NCBI GenBank assembly: GCA_001662655.1
Contig: KV460210.1
Reading direction: 5' to 3' (one strand)
DNA: 64,000 bases
Source: Pseudogymnoascus verrucosus
Lineage: Eukaryota
Under the pieces are notes generated by a model, which did not search any database, was not told where the DNA came from, and worked only from the letters and a program-made list of their open reading frames with translations. This document shows, in pieces, positions 13,756 through 24,832 of this stretch. A program made the position numbers and the translations under genes. Position 1 is the stretch's first letter. Every line of letters starts with the position of its first letter.

Positions 13756-13909
13756 ATATAAGGGACCCTTCCAATTCAAGGGGTAGAACGAGTGGGGATG
13801 GATAAGATTGTAAAATGTGGACACACATAATATAGCAATATAGAAAATTACTCTGCTGCATGTTTTTGGGACCTTTTTCCCGCTTTTATTTGTTGGTATT
13901 TTGTCTTCG

Positions 13910-14988
13910 TTACAAGGCAAACATAAATGCTAGAAGAGCTACCGAGCCTAGGAAGCCCCCCCGAATCTTGGATGCAGCACTAGTGTCCTCGGGCGGCTTC
14001 ACTTGCTTGAGGGTGACGCTTCCCTTCTTTGAATTACACGTTACACCAAGACCATCGTAGTTAGTCGCGTTCACAACGCTGGCTGCAAAAGCATTGCAAT
14101 CGAGATTTCCAGTCGAGTTGACACTAATTGAATAGCCCGTTCTATTCTCATACGGGAGATCAAAACTGGAATGTCGGATTAGTATCATCCGCTTGACAGC
14201 GAGGGGGTTATAGTATAGATGGCACTCACGCCTTGGCTTCAATCCAAATCCCCGTACTGTTTAGAGCGGGGAGATCAAGACTGGAATATGGGATTAGTAT
14301 CATTTGCTTGATAGCGAGGGGGGCATAGATGGCACTCACGCGTCGATTTCGCCATGAAGTTGGATGCCGACACCGACATCGATCAGACTCGGAAAAGACA
14401 AATTCAGAGCTGGCCCTCCTGTAAAGTTGAGCTGTAGGATGGTTGCGACATGTTTGAGCTTCGGTACGTTCAAGCTTGAGATCGAAGCTGTATTGTCGAT
14501 CACGAACCCCCACCTGGTGATATTAACAAGATCTGGTAGATCGATGGTGCTAATTCTGGTGGCTTCTATTGTAAATTCGCCGGTCGATTCGTCTTTGACA
14601 TAACCACCCCGGAAAGCAATCGAAGTTAGTTCGGTTAAGCCAGGCATCGCCAGCGGCCCACTGAAGGCGGCTGCGGTCTGTAGGTTATATAAGTCTTTTT
14701 TGCAATCGGCAGGAACAGGTTCGTTTGTGCTATTGATTTTGAACCATTTTCCACCGTGGATAGTGCTATTGCACTCGTAGGTGGTTTCTGCACAGCGGAC
14801 AAAGACGTCCTCAGGTATAAGTTCATTGAACTGTATGCTACCAGCAGCGCTACACTCCTTCGAATCTGGTATCCATAATTTAGTGGCGGAAATGGAAATA
14901 GGGTAAATAAGGGTAACACACCATAGGGAGTGAGCGCCGCCGCGAGGGTCACGATGGACACGTTGACGAGAAAGCCGGGGAGCCTCAT
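13910..14988 (-). CDS. GPI-anchored cell-wall protein with Ecm33/receptor-L-like repeats, multi-exon
   Basis: N-terminal signal; IDLPDL.NI, LNVPKL, LSFPSL, LDLPAL repeats; SINSTGNLDC; hydrophobic C-terminal GPI signal. Confidence 0.75.
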
Positions 14989-16229
14989 TTTTCCAGACCT
15001 GTAAGCCGTCCTTAAAGATCAACCGCTCTGACGTGATATGTTATCTAAAGTCCCACAAAGTGTGAAGGGGATCACCCCACCTTTATCCCGTTGCGTCCAT
15101 CGATAGGTAACAGAGTTAACCTAAGTATATTAATTCCAAACATGCTATAGTGGTTGGGTATGGGGAAGTTAGCGTCCCATGTAATCTGGGCAAGGCTGGG
15201 CGTTGGGGGCCGTTTGTAGTAGGGGATGGGAAACTCTTGGAATATTGGGATCAGACGACCGAAAGAGGCAACTAGTCCTTTGAGCTTGGCGGGAGCCTAT
15301 TCTCTCCAGCGCTCATCACCTAGCTCAATTGCCGACCATAAAATATCTTTGTGCTGTTTCCGCTTCATTTTTACCTAATACTACCAGGACCCTGTTCAGG
15401 CAAGGGTTCCTCTGAGAGCCGCAATACCAATGTCGCGGTGAAGCGCAACGTCAAAAACGGACCCACTTTTTAGATGGCGGAGGTGATCGAGGTGGTCGCA
15501 TCTCAAAATATGGGAAAAGGCAGCAACGTGCCCCACCACTGTATTTATGCTCACAGGCACAACACCATTTACAACACCATTCACAATATACCGTAAACCA
15601 CAACTCATACCAGATGCCATGCTTTATTTCCCGCAAATTTGTTCATGAGACACCTAAGCGGAACTGGCAGAGGTCCCAAGTCTTTGTACTCGTTGTAGCT
15701 GACTTAAAACACTTGCGCAGTCTTATTGAGTTCACCAAGTTAGGTTTTGAGGGTATGCGACTTTGGTGGTACCGTTGGTAACAATGTCATCCGAGCTGGT
15801 CGGTGCGAGAAAGTTGTTAACTGCCAGCCGTGCATTATCGGAGATCTTTACTTGCTTTACTAACAAATTCTAAGACATTAACAGACCTGCGGGAACTTTA
15901 CATTCATGTCAGGTTTATACTAGTGCTACCTCATTAGACACCGTATAATGTTAGTTACACGTCAGAGTCGATAGTTTTTCCCAACTGTCTCACTTTAATT
16001 GGAAGCGTAAATCAACCCCTCTATAGCTCATATCTACATATATAATGGCGAGTGTCAATACAGAAAATGCTTCCATTTTTTCGATACAGTTTCACAGCAC
16101 AGAAACCCCATATAACACTCTCTACCAGCTCTTGTAAGCCACAAACCGCTCCCATCCTTACATGATAATTTATTATATTCTAACAAATCATCCATTCAGC
16201 CACCCTACCTCGATCAAACTTACACTACA

Positions 16230-16745
16230 ATGCTATTCCTCAACTTAGCAGTGCTTGTCCAAGCAGCAACAGTGGCGTTGCAGGGGTTTCCTGACAAGGG
16301 AGCTCTATGCACTAACAACAGGGACTGTGGTCTGAGGTGCTACGAAGGCATATTCAATGTACAGCTAAATGAGGGCGAAGTCTCCTTTGTCTGTGCAGCA
16401 CACAACCCTAAGAATACTGCGATATATTTTATAGGAAAATGCGAAAACCTTGTATCTGGGGGAGGTCCTGGAGATGCCTGTGACAGTGTGGAGGGTCAAA
16501 GCTGCCCGGAATCGACTGGCTGTCTTCTAGATCAGGGCAATGGTAACCTTGAGACCTTAAACAGCAGATAGTATAAGGAGTGCGATAGAATGGGAGGGGA
16601 TGCAGTGAAAATAGAGGGATCTACCATTGGTTATAATGAGGGAATGGAGCAGATAGGGATAGGCTGCGAGAATTGGCAAGCTGGATCATCAAGTGACACG
16701 AGTTTACATTCACTTCACCTATCCTCATCTATCAGAATTTATTAG
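16230..16745 (+). pseudogene. Small secreted Cys-rich protein with an in-frame TAG at 16569-16571
   Basis: Signal peptide and multiple Cys; frame stays open ~57 codons past the TAG with two more Cys; could instead be an intact 113-aa protein. Confidence 0.5.
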
Positions 16746-16824
16746 CCGTGAATCATATATCAAGGTCTACGTCCTCACTTCTCTCAAACTCCATCCCCAG
16801 CAACATCACATCCGACGGATCCCT

Positions 16825-17760
16825 CTAGAAATGGAGCATGATTAGAGCAAAATCAGTTGAGGGGGAGAGGGAGGAGAACATACAGAGCAACATTATCAGC
16901 TCCCATTCCACCCATACAATCATCATCCACCATCCTCGTAAACACCTTCTCCGCAATCCTCTGAAACCTCGTCTCTGGCCCTGCCTCGCCAAGCCACTTA
17001 TCCAACAATAAGTCCCATTCCACGACGAAGCGCTCGCAGCGGGCGTCGGAGGAGAAATCGGTGCAGAAGAGAAGGAAGCCGAAATCTTCGTACTCAGTAT
17101 CATCGATGAACTTCACTAGGAGTGTTCTGTTTCTATTAAGAAACGTGTGTATTGTTCTGTCTAAATATTGCTGCCTAAAGTTACAAGAAGTGAAGCTAAG
17201 GTCGTGTGACCATATTATAACACAACCCCTACCTCTTCCGCTAGCGGTGCCAAGGCCGAATATGGAAAAAGCAGACCTCATCTGCAAATAATTGATTCTG
17301 CATCGGATGATGAGCGTACCTTTTCCTATTAGGATTATTGCCGTGAAACATGTGCTTGTCCTCGAAAAGATCCCAGATTTAATTTGCATAAGCAAATGTA
17401 CTATAACATCAACCTCCCTAAATAGCACCTATCAGCCACCACAACGAGCTAGCACTCCGCTAGTTCCTCCTCTAGATTCTCATCAAGATACTAGATCTCC
17501 TCCAGTTCCTTCCTATCAACTATGCTCGCTTCTAGCCTATCTGGGTAATCGCAGAAGGCCTCTCGAACATACGGGGGAGTGACTCTAGTGAAGGTCTCGG
17601 ACTCACCAGAGCGGTCTGCAAACCTGCTCTCATTCTCAACCACCCATGGTTGATCGACATGCCCTTATGTCTCCCCCTCCATCACACCCTCGCACAAGCA
17701 CGCATACGCACTATCAGCATCCTCCGTGCTAACCTCCTCATTACCTAACCGTATCCTAAT
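16825..17760 (-). pseudogene. Degraded multi-exon hypothetical gene
   Basis: Coding-like segment DDTEYEDFGFLLFCTDFSSDARCERF..W; splice-like signals and stops upstream; boundaries uncertain. Confidence 0.35.
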
Positions 17761-18289
17761 CTAGAACAGACTCGAGACCCAGCTTAGCGCCTGGAGGTGC
17801 AGCGGGCCGAGCATATCCTGCGGCACACCCCGTGGTACCTTAGCGAGGCCATCGGGTGGACAATCCGCCATGCGCTAACGGAACGGCTAGAATTCTTATT
17901 TCGATTATCAAAGCGACGAGTAGGCCAGATGGAGCTTACGATCCTCCCACGTCACCAAGTGCGAGATATTCGCGCATGAGATCCTTCTTTTAGTCATCAC
18001 GAGGTTTCCTGATGTGGGGTCTAAGTTTTCTTGCATGATTAACCGTTTATGTTCTGTATATGCCTGCTGCTTTTTTTACTTTGCTTTCTGGTATCATAGT
18101 TGTTTAGGCGAGTTTACAGGCAAGTTTTCACGATGGGATAGAAAGTCACTAGATGGAAGGAGTTCTTATGAATTTTGAAAGGCGCATCGTTTTTGACTTT
18201 TTTGTTTTAGGGAGGTCTATTAGCGTTTAAAACGAAAAGTTAGGCGTGTATGGATTTGTGGAGTTGGAAGATAATGAGTGATGGGTGTG

Positions 18290-18492
18290 AATCCTTCGCG
18301 GGGGCGAGATCTTTCTAGGGGCGGGATCTTTCGTAAGGCCGAGATCTTTCGCGGGGCCGAGATCTTTCGTGGGGGCGAGATCCTTCGCGGGGGCGAGACT
18401 CTTCGTGGAAGAAAGATCCTTCGCGAAAGCAAGATTAACAAGTGCATGTATCATTAAATACTATGGACTGTAAATCTTTCGCGGGGCGAGAT
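18290..18492. repeat. 18-bp minisatellite (consensus ~ATCTTTCGCGGGGGCGAG), ~8 tandem copies plus one detached copy
   Basis: Units visible at 18290-18436 and again at 18473-18492. Confidence 0.85.
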
Positions 18493-19051
18493 TGCTTCCA
18501 TAACGCCATGTCTTCCCGAGTTAATCAGCCGTGCCGCTTCTCATCGCTCTATTTGCCAACTTACATATATCCTCTACATATCTAACGCATAACATTCATA
18601 TGTAAGCCCTGGCTTAGGTTTGCTAGCTAATGACTATGCTTCAAAATAGTAAGCACTATATTATATAAATAGTTAGTTGTTAAGCACGGCGCAGAAGAGT
18701 ATGATGGGCCTTAGTAAGAGAGCAAAAGGGGGAATGGTAGGTTACGTAACAGCCCAAAATTAACCCCTGTAAATGGATGCGATGGACGAGGCGCATATGC
18801 AACAGAGTTGCATCTGTAGAAAGGGAGTCTGTTAACTAGGCTATTTTGACCTCTACTATCATGCCACCATACCATCAAAAGTCCTTCCAGAGAATCCTTC
18901 GAGCTATACGCACGTATAATTAACAAGGTGCTAGTATCCCCCGTCATCTGTTTAACTATAAGAGCAGCGGATTTCGCTCAACTCATCACACATCTAAGAA
19001 CAACAACCTCAGAGAACAGTTCTTCTTCCATTTCCTCACCTTTAGAACATC

Positions 19052-19711
19052 ATGAAGCTTCTCGATCTCCTCTTTGTTGCTTTTGCACTTAGCGGTGTCT
19101 CTTCCGCTATTCCTACGACTCAGGAGAATACACTAGAACCTATCACCGGAACTATTATTTCTACAGGTGTCACTGAGAATGGTGAGCCCTACACTATCAC
19201 GGAAGACTTCGTTGATTTGACCGATGCGGAGTGTAAGTTGCCTATTACTTGTTCCACTAAGACAGAGCCTCCAACCAGTTTTGAATCTAATGACTCTCAT
19301 ATAGTGGCACTTTTCGAGAACTACCCTGGAAATAGCACCTCTTCCCTCGACAAACGGGCAAACGGCACCAATGGGAACTGCAACCAATGGCATAGCGGTA
19401 AATATTGCTACTGCGGCGGCGAAATTTCGAACCGTGGGGATTCCTACCATGGTAGCCAGGATTTCTGCAAGAAGATTAAGTTTCAGAAATTCCGGAACGG
19501 ATCACTCCACCATGTCAAGTGGCTACCGACGGTCAAGATCGAGTATTGGGTTACGAACAGTTGTAACGAGGATAGATCTGTTGGAGACAACTGTGGGGAT
19601 ATCTTTCTTGCCCTCATCGATTGGTGCGATTGGGGCTGGATGACTACTAAGGGAGGACATCACAAATATAACACCTGTCTTCAGTTCAGGTTCGACGTGA
19701 ATAGTCGTTAG
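19052..19711 (+). CDS. Secreted Kex2-processed Cys-rich protein, mature domain resembling Y3/fungal-lectin-2 glycan-binding proteins
   Basis: Signal peptide, acidic pro-region, LDKR site, then CYCGG..FC...C..C..LIDWCD..KGG...C pattern; family assignment by eye. Confidence 0.75.
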   Translation: MKLLDLLFVAFALSGVSSAIPTTQENTLEPITGTIISTGVTENGEPYTITEDFVDLTDAECKLPITCSTKTEPPTSFESNDSHIVALFENYPGNSTSSLDKRANGTNGNCNQWHSGKYCYCGGEISNRGDSYHGSQDFCKKIKFQKFRNGSLHHVKWLPTVKIEYWVTNSCNEDRSVGDNCGDIFLALIDWCDWGWMTTKGGHHKYNTCLQFRFDVNSR

Positions 19712-20945
19712 AGTAGAGCCGGAGACGACTGAAGGAAAAGAGTGCCTTATTATCCAGGAGCTTAGATAGCACAATAGCATACATTTCCAGTCGCCTGCCG
19801 CATAACATCTATCCCTAAGTGGCGAAAAAACCACGGTGCCGAAAAAAATGATGGATACTTCTTCAACTTTGGGAATCTTATATTCTACACACTTATCGAT
19901 ATCCCTTACATTGCTGCATAAATTGTATTCTATAGCTACTCTTGAACACCCTAGACCGCTCTTTTAAGAAAATTATGTCTGCGTTGTCACTATCACACCT
20001 GATTTATAGAGGGCATGCTTTTATTGCGAAACAGGGTTTCCCTACTATAGCTCTACTACTTAGCTCTTACTACTCCCAAAACATATTAAGGGATTGTACC
20101 TGACTATACCAACATCTTCAACGCTCACAGCCGAGCGGGAGATCGTCGTCATGCATGTGGTGCCAGCGCGGGGCAAATTCATGCATGGTTGCCATAGAAA
20201 TAAGGGCAAGAGATCTAAATACCCTGCACAACCTAAGGTGTGACAGTCCAAAATTATGTCATCAGCTTTCCTGCTCCTTCCGCTTTCCCTCAGCGACAAG
20301 TACAAACATGGCTCATTTAAGCATAAATTTTGAATATCTCATGCCCACTATGACCTTCAGAATTCTTGGGATGGGCTCGAGCAGTAGGAGGGTGCCACAT
20401 CAGTCAAGCACTCATCTTAACCCAGTTAGGCAGGAGCACAGACGATTTTCGCGCCTGGAAGCCGACACATCCGTATAACTCTCAAGCCAGAGAGGTTCTG
20501 TGATAATCACAGTCACTGGTGGGAAATCCGCAAACTTGTGCACCAAGGCATTGAATTCCAGAGCGTTGTCTCAACATGAAGCGGTAGAGTTACTCGGAGC
20601 CATTGAAAGGGGGCACTGTTCCAACGACGGAACATTAGCATTGGCAGAGAACATTGAGTACTCGAGAACATTCGGCATGACAGCTGACGTATACAGATGT
20701 GGAATTGAATAAGCTCATATACACCCTAAGTCTCATCCAACCCTTGTTTCTGCCAATCCTACAGTATGTCCCTGTCAATTTGAACATATAAAGTAAGCCC
20801 AACTTTCTAGGGCTTACTCATCCCCCTCATTGTAGTCCTACAAAAGTCCTCAGCCGCAATATTACTCTCCCCCGCAGTTAAAAGCACCCCACCTCCCCCC
20901 AAACAAACCATCACTCTCTCCTCAACCCCCCCCTGGAACCCAACA

Positions 20946-21839
20946 ATGGCCGCCCCCAAACCAACCCTCTTCCTCGTCCCCGGCGCCTGGCACCCAAACA
21001 CCTGCTTCGCCCCCATCACCACCTACCTCTCTATCGCCGAATTCCCCATCCACCTCGCCACCCTCCCCTCCCTCAACCCCGCCTCCCCCACCATCTCCGC
21101 GACCTGCACCGCCGACGCCCTAGCCCTGCGCGTGCAGCTGCTCCCCCTCATCGAGGCGGGCAAGGACGTCGTCGTCGTGTGCCACTCGTACGGCGGAATC
21201 CCAGCCGGCGGCGCGGCTTCCGGTCTAGCAAAGACAGAGCGTGCAGCGCGTGGCGAGGAGGGGGGAGTGCTGGGGCTTATCTATCTGGCTAGCTTTGTGG
21301 TTCCTGAAGGGGTGAGCCTTGTTGAGTTTCTCGGGGGGCAGCATGCGCCGTACGTGCAGCAGAATCAGGTACGTGGTTTTTCAAAAATTCGTTCTTCCTT
21401 CTTTGAATTACTACTCTCTTCCTTACCATCTATCAACCCACTCCCTTCCTACTATCAAACTACCACCCGACTAACCCCTGCACCCCAGCCCTCCCCCGGT
21501 CTCTGCGAAGTCTCCCCCGTAATCCCCGTCCTCTACGCCGACGTCCCCACCCCTCTAGCCAGCACACTCGCGGCGTCGCTCCTCCCACACTCGCTTTCGG
21601 CGTTCGATTCCGCGGCGCCAGCGCCGGCGTGGGCTGAGCCGGCGTTCGCGGGGAAAATTGCGTTTCTGAAGTGCCTCGCGGATGCAGCGCTGCCGACTTT
21701 CTTGCAGGATCTGTTCATCAGTAAGAGCGGCGTGCAGTGGTTGGTGACGGAGGTGGAGGCGGGTCATAGTCCCTGGGCAAGTAGGCCGGAGGAGGTGGCG
21801 GGGATTATTGGGGGGTGGGTAGAGGTGTTTGCTAGGTAG
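20946..21839 (+). CDS. Alpha/beta hydrolase (Abhydrolase_6, methylesterase-like; intron ~21369-21489)
   Basis: LVPGAWH, CHSYGG nucleophile elbow, LIYLASF, AGHSPW catalytic His. Confidence 0.88.
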   Translation: MAAPKPTLFLVPGAWHPNTCFAPITTYLSIAEFPIHLATLPSLNPASPTISATCTADALALRVQLLPLIEAGKDVVVVCHSYGGIPAGGAASGLAKTERAARGEEGGVLGLIYLASFVVPEGVSLVEFLGGQHAPYVQQNQVRGFSKIRSSFFELLLSSLPSINPLPSYYQTTTRLTPAPQPSPGLCEVSPVIPVLYADVPTPLASTLAASLLPHSLSAFDSAAPAPAWAEPAFAGKIAFLKCLADAALPTFLQDLFISKSGVQWLVTEVEAGHSPWASRPEEVAGIIGGWVEVFAR

Positions 21840-22397
21840 AGGTACAGAGTGTGAGAGATTGAAGTTGAGGGAGCAAATTGGGCAGGCGGAGCTTAACGCT
21901 CTCATTGCTTCCATACCTACAGCATGGCAGCTGTAATTGCTGCAAATGGCTTACACGCAGAATATTAAGCATCTAGTATGGATTTATATAATCAATTAGG
22001 TACCTACTTGACTCTCTATTCTACTAAATTTATTGCTCTCATCCTCGAGTGATCGCAACGCGTGAGAAATAGTACTTTGGTCAATAATTGCCAGGCCAGC
22101 CTAGTTGTTTTCATACTCCATAAATCGGAACTCTGATGTCCGAGCCCATAACAAGTGATGTTGTTTCGGCTGAATATAGTAGGGGACGTGAAAGATGCCG
22201 GGAAGTAAGTGCAGGGCTATCAAATGGCCCTTTATTACTTTTCTTCTATTTCGCAGCTATAATAACGCTCTATTGCTAGCTCATTAACCCCGCAATTTAC
22301 ACACTTGCTTATAAGAAGTAGGTTGAGACGCCCCTGAGCTGATTTCTTTTTCTTGGTACTACAAGTAGTTTCTTAGACAGGCCTCTCATTTAGCAAC

Positions 22398-24733
22398 ATG
22401 TTTTTCCAAGCTCTACTGTTATTCCTCCTCGAGCAGCTCCTGTCCGCAGCATCGTCAAGCGAGATAGCACACGGTTTGACGGCTGCATTTTCAAGTGCCT
22501 GTATGAGTCTAGCTACTTCTTTAAAACTGCCAAATGTGATAGTCAATTTCGCGCATTTGTAAGTTTTGTTCTGAAATCTACCATTGTATTACAGTTAACG
22601 CAACTAGCGTGCCGGCTGGGACTGTTCTCCAATTTCAGCAAGATGAAAACTGTATGTGTATTCACGGCCTGTAATAATACCGTTGGCTGCTTGTAGTTAC
22701 TGAGATAAAACTTAGTGGTCACCTGCAATCGCCCGAACCAGACTATCGCGTCTGATATCTGCCGAGTGGCCATGTATGTGTCGACATCAAGTCGGTCAGG
22801 AATTACTTTAGAAGCATGGCTGCCTTCTACTTGGACAGGTATGATTGACTACCTACCTGCTATGGTTCGGTATGCTTATTAGTACCAGGTCGGTTTTTAA
22901 GCACCGGAAACGGTGGCCAATCCGGCTGCATCCAATATGAGGATTTAGGATATACCTCCAGTTTAGGATTTGCAGCTGTTGGTATGTAAAGACAGCTGAG
23001 ATATATCTACGGAGTAATTTCATGCTGATCAAGAAACAGGAGTTAACCATGGTCATAACGGAACTAGGTAAATTCTAAGATATAACCTTATGTACAGTAC
23101 TCACCATTATCAGTGGCTTGTCATTTTATCACAACCCAGACGTTTTAATCGACTTCTATCGCTCGTAAAGACATCCCATTTGCAATTCTTCCTACGCTCA
23201 CTCTACTATGGACCACAGTCTCAAGGCTTCAAACCGGCGTCACAGTTGGAAAAGCGCTGACTCAGATCTTCTATAAACGCGCACACACGAAAAGCTATTA
23301 CCTAGGCTGCTCAACTGGTAGTAGACAAGGCTTAGAATCGGCACAGGTATTTCCCGAGACCTTCGACGGCATTTTAGCCGGCGCACCGGCAATTGACCGC
23401 AATCGTTTAGTTGCGTGGTCAGTTTTTCTGGTATTCGCAAATTGCACGAAGAATAACTGGTTTTAGGAACGGTCACTTCTTCGGCATTATCGGCACTGCG
23501 AACTTGTCGGATTTCATCTCGGCTGCGCTCTGGAATACTATCCATATCGAGGTCTTGCGGCAATGCGATGGACTTGATGGCGTTGTCGACGGCATCATAG
23601 AAGATCCGAGCCTATGCAGTAATTATCTCCATCTCTATATCTTTTGCATTCTATGGAATTGACCACGAGCTCGTAGATCCGAGACCAGAGGCACTACTGT
23701 GTAAACCCCGGAACTCTATTAATTGCTTGACTCCAAATCAAGCGCAGATTGTCCGGAATGTATTTTCGGATTATATTGCAGAGGATCGATCATTAATATT
23801 CCCGCGCTTGCAACCGGGTGCAGAGTTGACGTCTGTGTCTGATCAATTCTCAGGTAGGAGATCCATGCAAGTTATATGATAATCGTACGACACTGATATG
23901 ATAATCAAGGAATGCCTTCAAAATATATAGGGGTCAGTAACATCGATATCTCCATGATAACAAACAGAAACTAACTAGTGGTAGGATTGGTTTAAATACG
24001 TAGTGTGAGTACAAGTACCGCCTGCTTTTAATAGATTAACTAAGAAAATATCACTAACCAACTCTTACGTCTGGATACGAAAATATCACCTGGGACCCCT
24101 CCAGCTTCAACATCAAAGACGCCACCTACTCCATCGCCCTCAACCCCGCCAACGTCGAGTCCTTCAAAGGTCCATCTCCCCACCCTCCCCCAATCCACCC
24201 CGCCAAATCCAAACTAACCCCTCCTCCCAGGCAATCTCTCCGCCTTCCGCGCCCACGGCGGCAAAGCCCTCATCTACCACGGCCAACAAGACTCGACCGT
24301 GACCTCGCCCAACACAGCGCGCTACTACGACCACGTCTCACGCACGATGGACCTCGACTCGTCATCGCTCGACGATTTCTTCCGCTACTTCCGCATCGGC
24401 GGCATGAGCCATTGCTCTGGGGGACCGGGGGCCTGGCGTATTGGTCAGACGGCGTTGGGTGCGTTGGGGGGGGAGGGGGGAGCTGGGTCAAATGTCTTGG
24501 CTGCGCTGGTGGAGTGGGTTGAGAAGGGGGTGGCGCCGGAGACGGTTAGGGGGGTGGGGTTTGTGAATGTAAGCTGCTGGGTGCGTGTGGTTCTGGTAGT
24601 GCAGGGGCTAATTGTGTAGGGTACGGTGGCGCTGGGAGTGGATTTCGTGAGAGAGCATTGTAGATATCCGTTGAGGAATGTTTGTGTGGACCCGAAGAGG
24701 TATAAACATCCGAAGAGTTGGAAATGTGTTTAA
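22398..24733 (+). CDS. Tannase/feruloyl esterase family protein, many introns
   Basis: Exons encode EAWLP..W.GRFLSTGNGG, SYYLGCSTG.RQG, FDGILAGAPA, CDGLDG..DGII, LIYHG.QD, GGMSHCSGG, WVEKGVAP, HCRYP; intactness of all splice frames not verified. Confidence 0.85.
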
Positions 24734-24832
24734 GGAGAAGAGATGCATTCATGTCAATGTTTGCATTCTTTAACGATGTTTACATTATTTCCCTCTATCC
24801 AACTACTCTAACCCCTATCACCTTATCACCAT

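Noticed and set aside
18290..18492. CRISPR-like repeat array
   Set aside because: Contiguous 18-bp units with no unique spacers, in eukaryotic DNA; a minisatellite
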